A stretch of 64,000 bases of DNA from Eledone cirrhosa. Lineage: Eukaryota. This document shows positions 63,025 through 64,000 of the stretch, piece after piece. The first letter of the stretch is position 1. Every line of letters starts with the position of its first letter. The stretch lies in NCBI GenBank assembly GCA_964016885.1, contig OZ024740.1, positions 48,732,001-48,796,000 on the forward strand, read 5' to 3'. The notes beneath the pieces were generated by a model. That model ran no database searches, had not been told where the DNA came from, and was given only the letters and a program-made list of their open reading frames with translations. The position numbers were made by a program, and so were the translations under genes.

Positions 63025-64000
63025 TGTAGCGGTTGTCTCCCTTGTTGTGACTCACAACCCCAATAGATTAACAACATCTAGACGGAAAGTAGAACCCTTT
63101 CTGTAACTTCCGGCAGAGCCCTATAAAACGAATAGCCTTCGGCTCTCTCCCTCTCATTTTGCCCTTCCAGCGCCTGGCCTTCGCCAGGCATCTCGCGTTT
63201 GCCTGGCAATCCAAACGGTAACTGCTAACTTTGCTTCATTCTTTCATCTATTTCATTGACATGTCAACTATACTGTTAGATTGTTAATTAAATATTATAC
63301 ACACAAACCATGCCTCCTTGTTACATTCATACAACCCAGTATCTTCGCTATATTGGTAACCCTGACGTGATACGAACACGCAGCCGTTCATCGCTATAAG
63401 TGGTCACCCCGAAAAAAGAAAAAAATAGCAGATTCTGGAGTTGTGTGAGTAACATTACGAATACACAGCAAATTTATTGACAAACTATGAAAATACTCAG
63501 TAAAAGAAACGAACACACCAAGCACATGTGAAATTTTCGCACAGACAGACTTTTTCTCTCACGCATCAACTAACTGTCGCATTTCACGATATATATATAT
63601 GTTTCTCGTTTCTTACAACGAACACTTTCAAGACAAAAAAGAAATTTGATATTCTTTAAAAAACATTTCAACAGGAACATTTATTTTCGATGAACCATTG
63701 CCTTTTTTTTTTCATCGTTTTCTTCATCGTTAAAGTTTTTTTTTTTTTCCAAAGTTCACACCAATAATTATGCTAAGTGAAGCCTTTCTTTTTCATCATT
63801 GTCACTTTCACCATTGTACTATCATTTTCTCGCGCGTTAGAAATATTATTTTTTCAACCTAGCTTAACCTTGTGTTGGCACGTGTGGGCAGCACAAATTC
63901 TCGACTCACAGAGATAGCCGCACGCCAGATAACGTTTCTCGCCAAGGATTCTTCAGCCTTAAGCTATATTCTCCTATTTGCCGGTTTAAAAATTTACCAC
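63025..64000 (+). mobile_element. Second, diverged copy of the non-autonomous LTR element (runs off the window)
   Basis: LTR at 63025-63352 and PBS TGGTAACCCTGACGTGAT at 63354-63371. The internal region is colinear with 58233-58905. Confidence 0.92.

Overview
Eukaryotic, repeat-rich genomic DNA. It is probably from a mollusc, most likely an octopod cephalopod, an inference from the SINE and RTE families. Positions 1-30567 are one 62-bp satellite array of about 490 monomers with higher-order duplications. It ends abruptly at a 5'-truncated RTE LINE. Positions 30.6-47.8 kb are a nest of mobile elements inserted mainly in (TA)n tracts. The nest holds three decayed copies of one RTE family and a Penelope-like element (RT + GIY-YIG, Naiad-like) with an inverted 1.1-kb 3'-end copy. 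It also holds a truncated and an apparently full-length intact RTE LINE with a PHD-type finger inside the RT, plus a deleted Helitron. Positions 48-64 kb are intron-like DNA with two minus-strand exons of a PECR-like reductase gene, many tRNA-derived SINEs, a Tc1-like fold-back, and a non-autonomous LTR element family with a doubled tRNA-Trp primer-binding site. The most striking signal is five type I hammerhead ribozyme motifs from four unrelated sequence contexts within 8 kb (31.5-39.5 kb). Four of them lie on the strand of the PECR-like transcript, just before the satellite. All structures were folded by eye, and no activity or database match has been tested.
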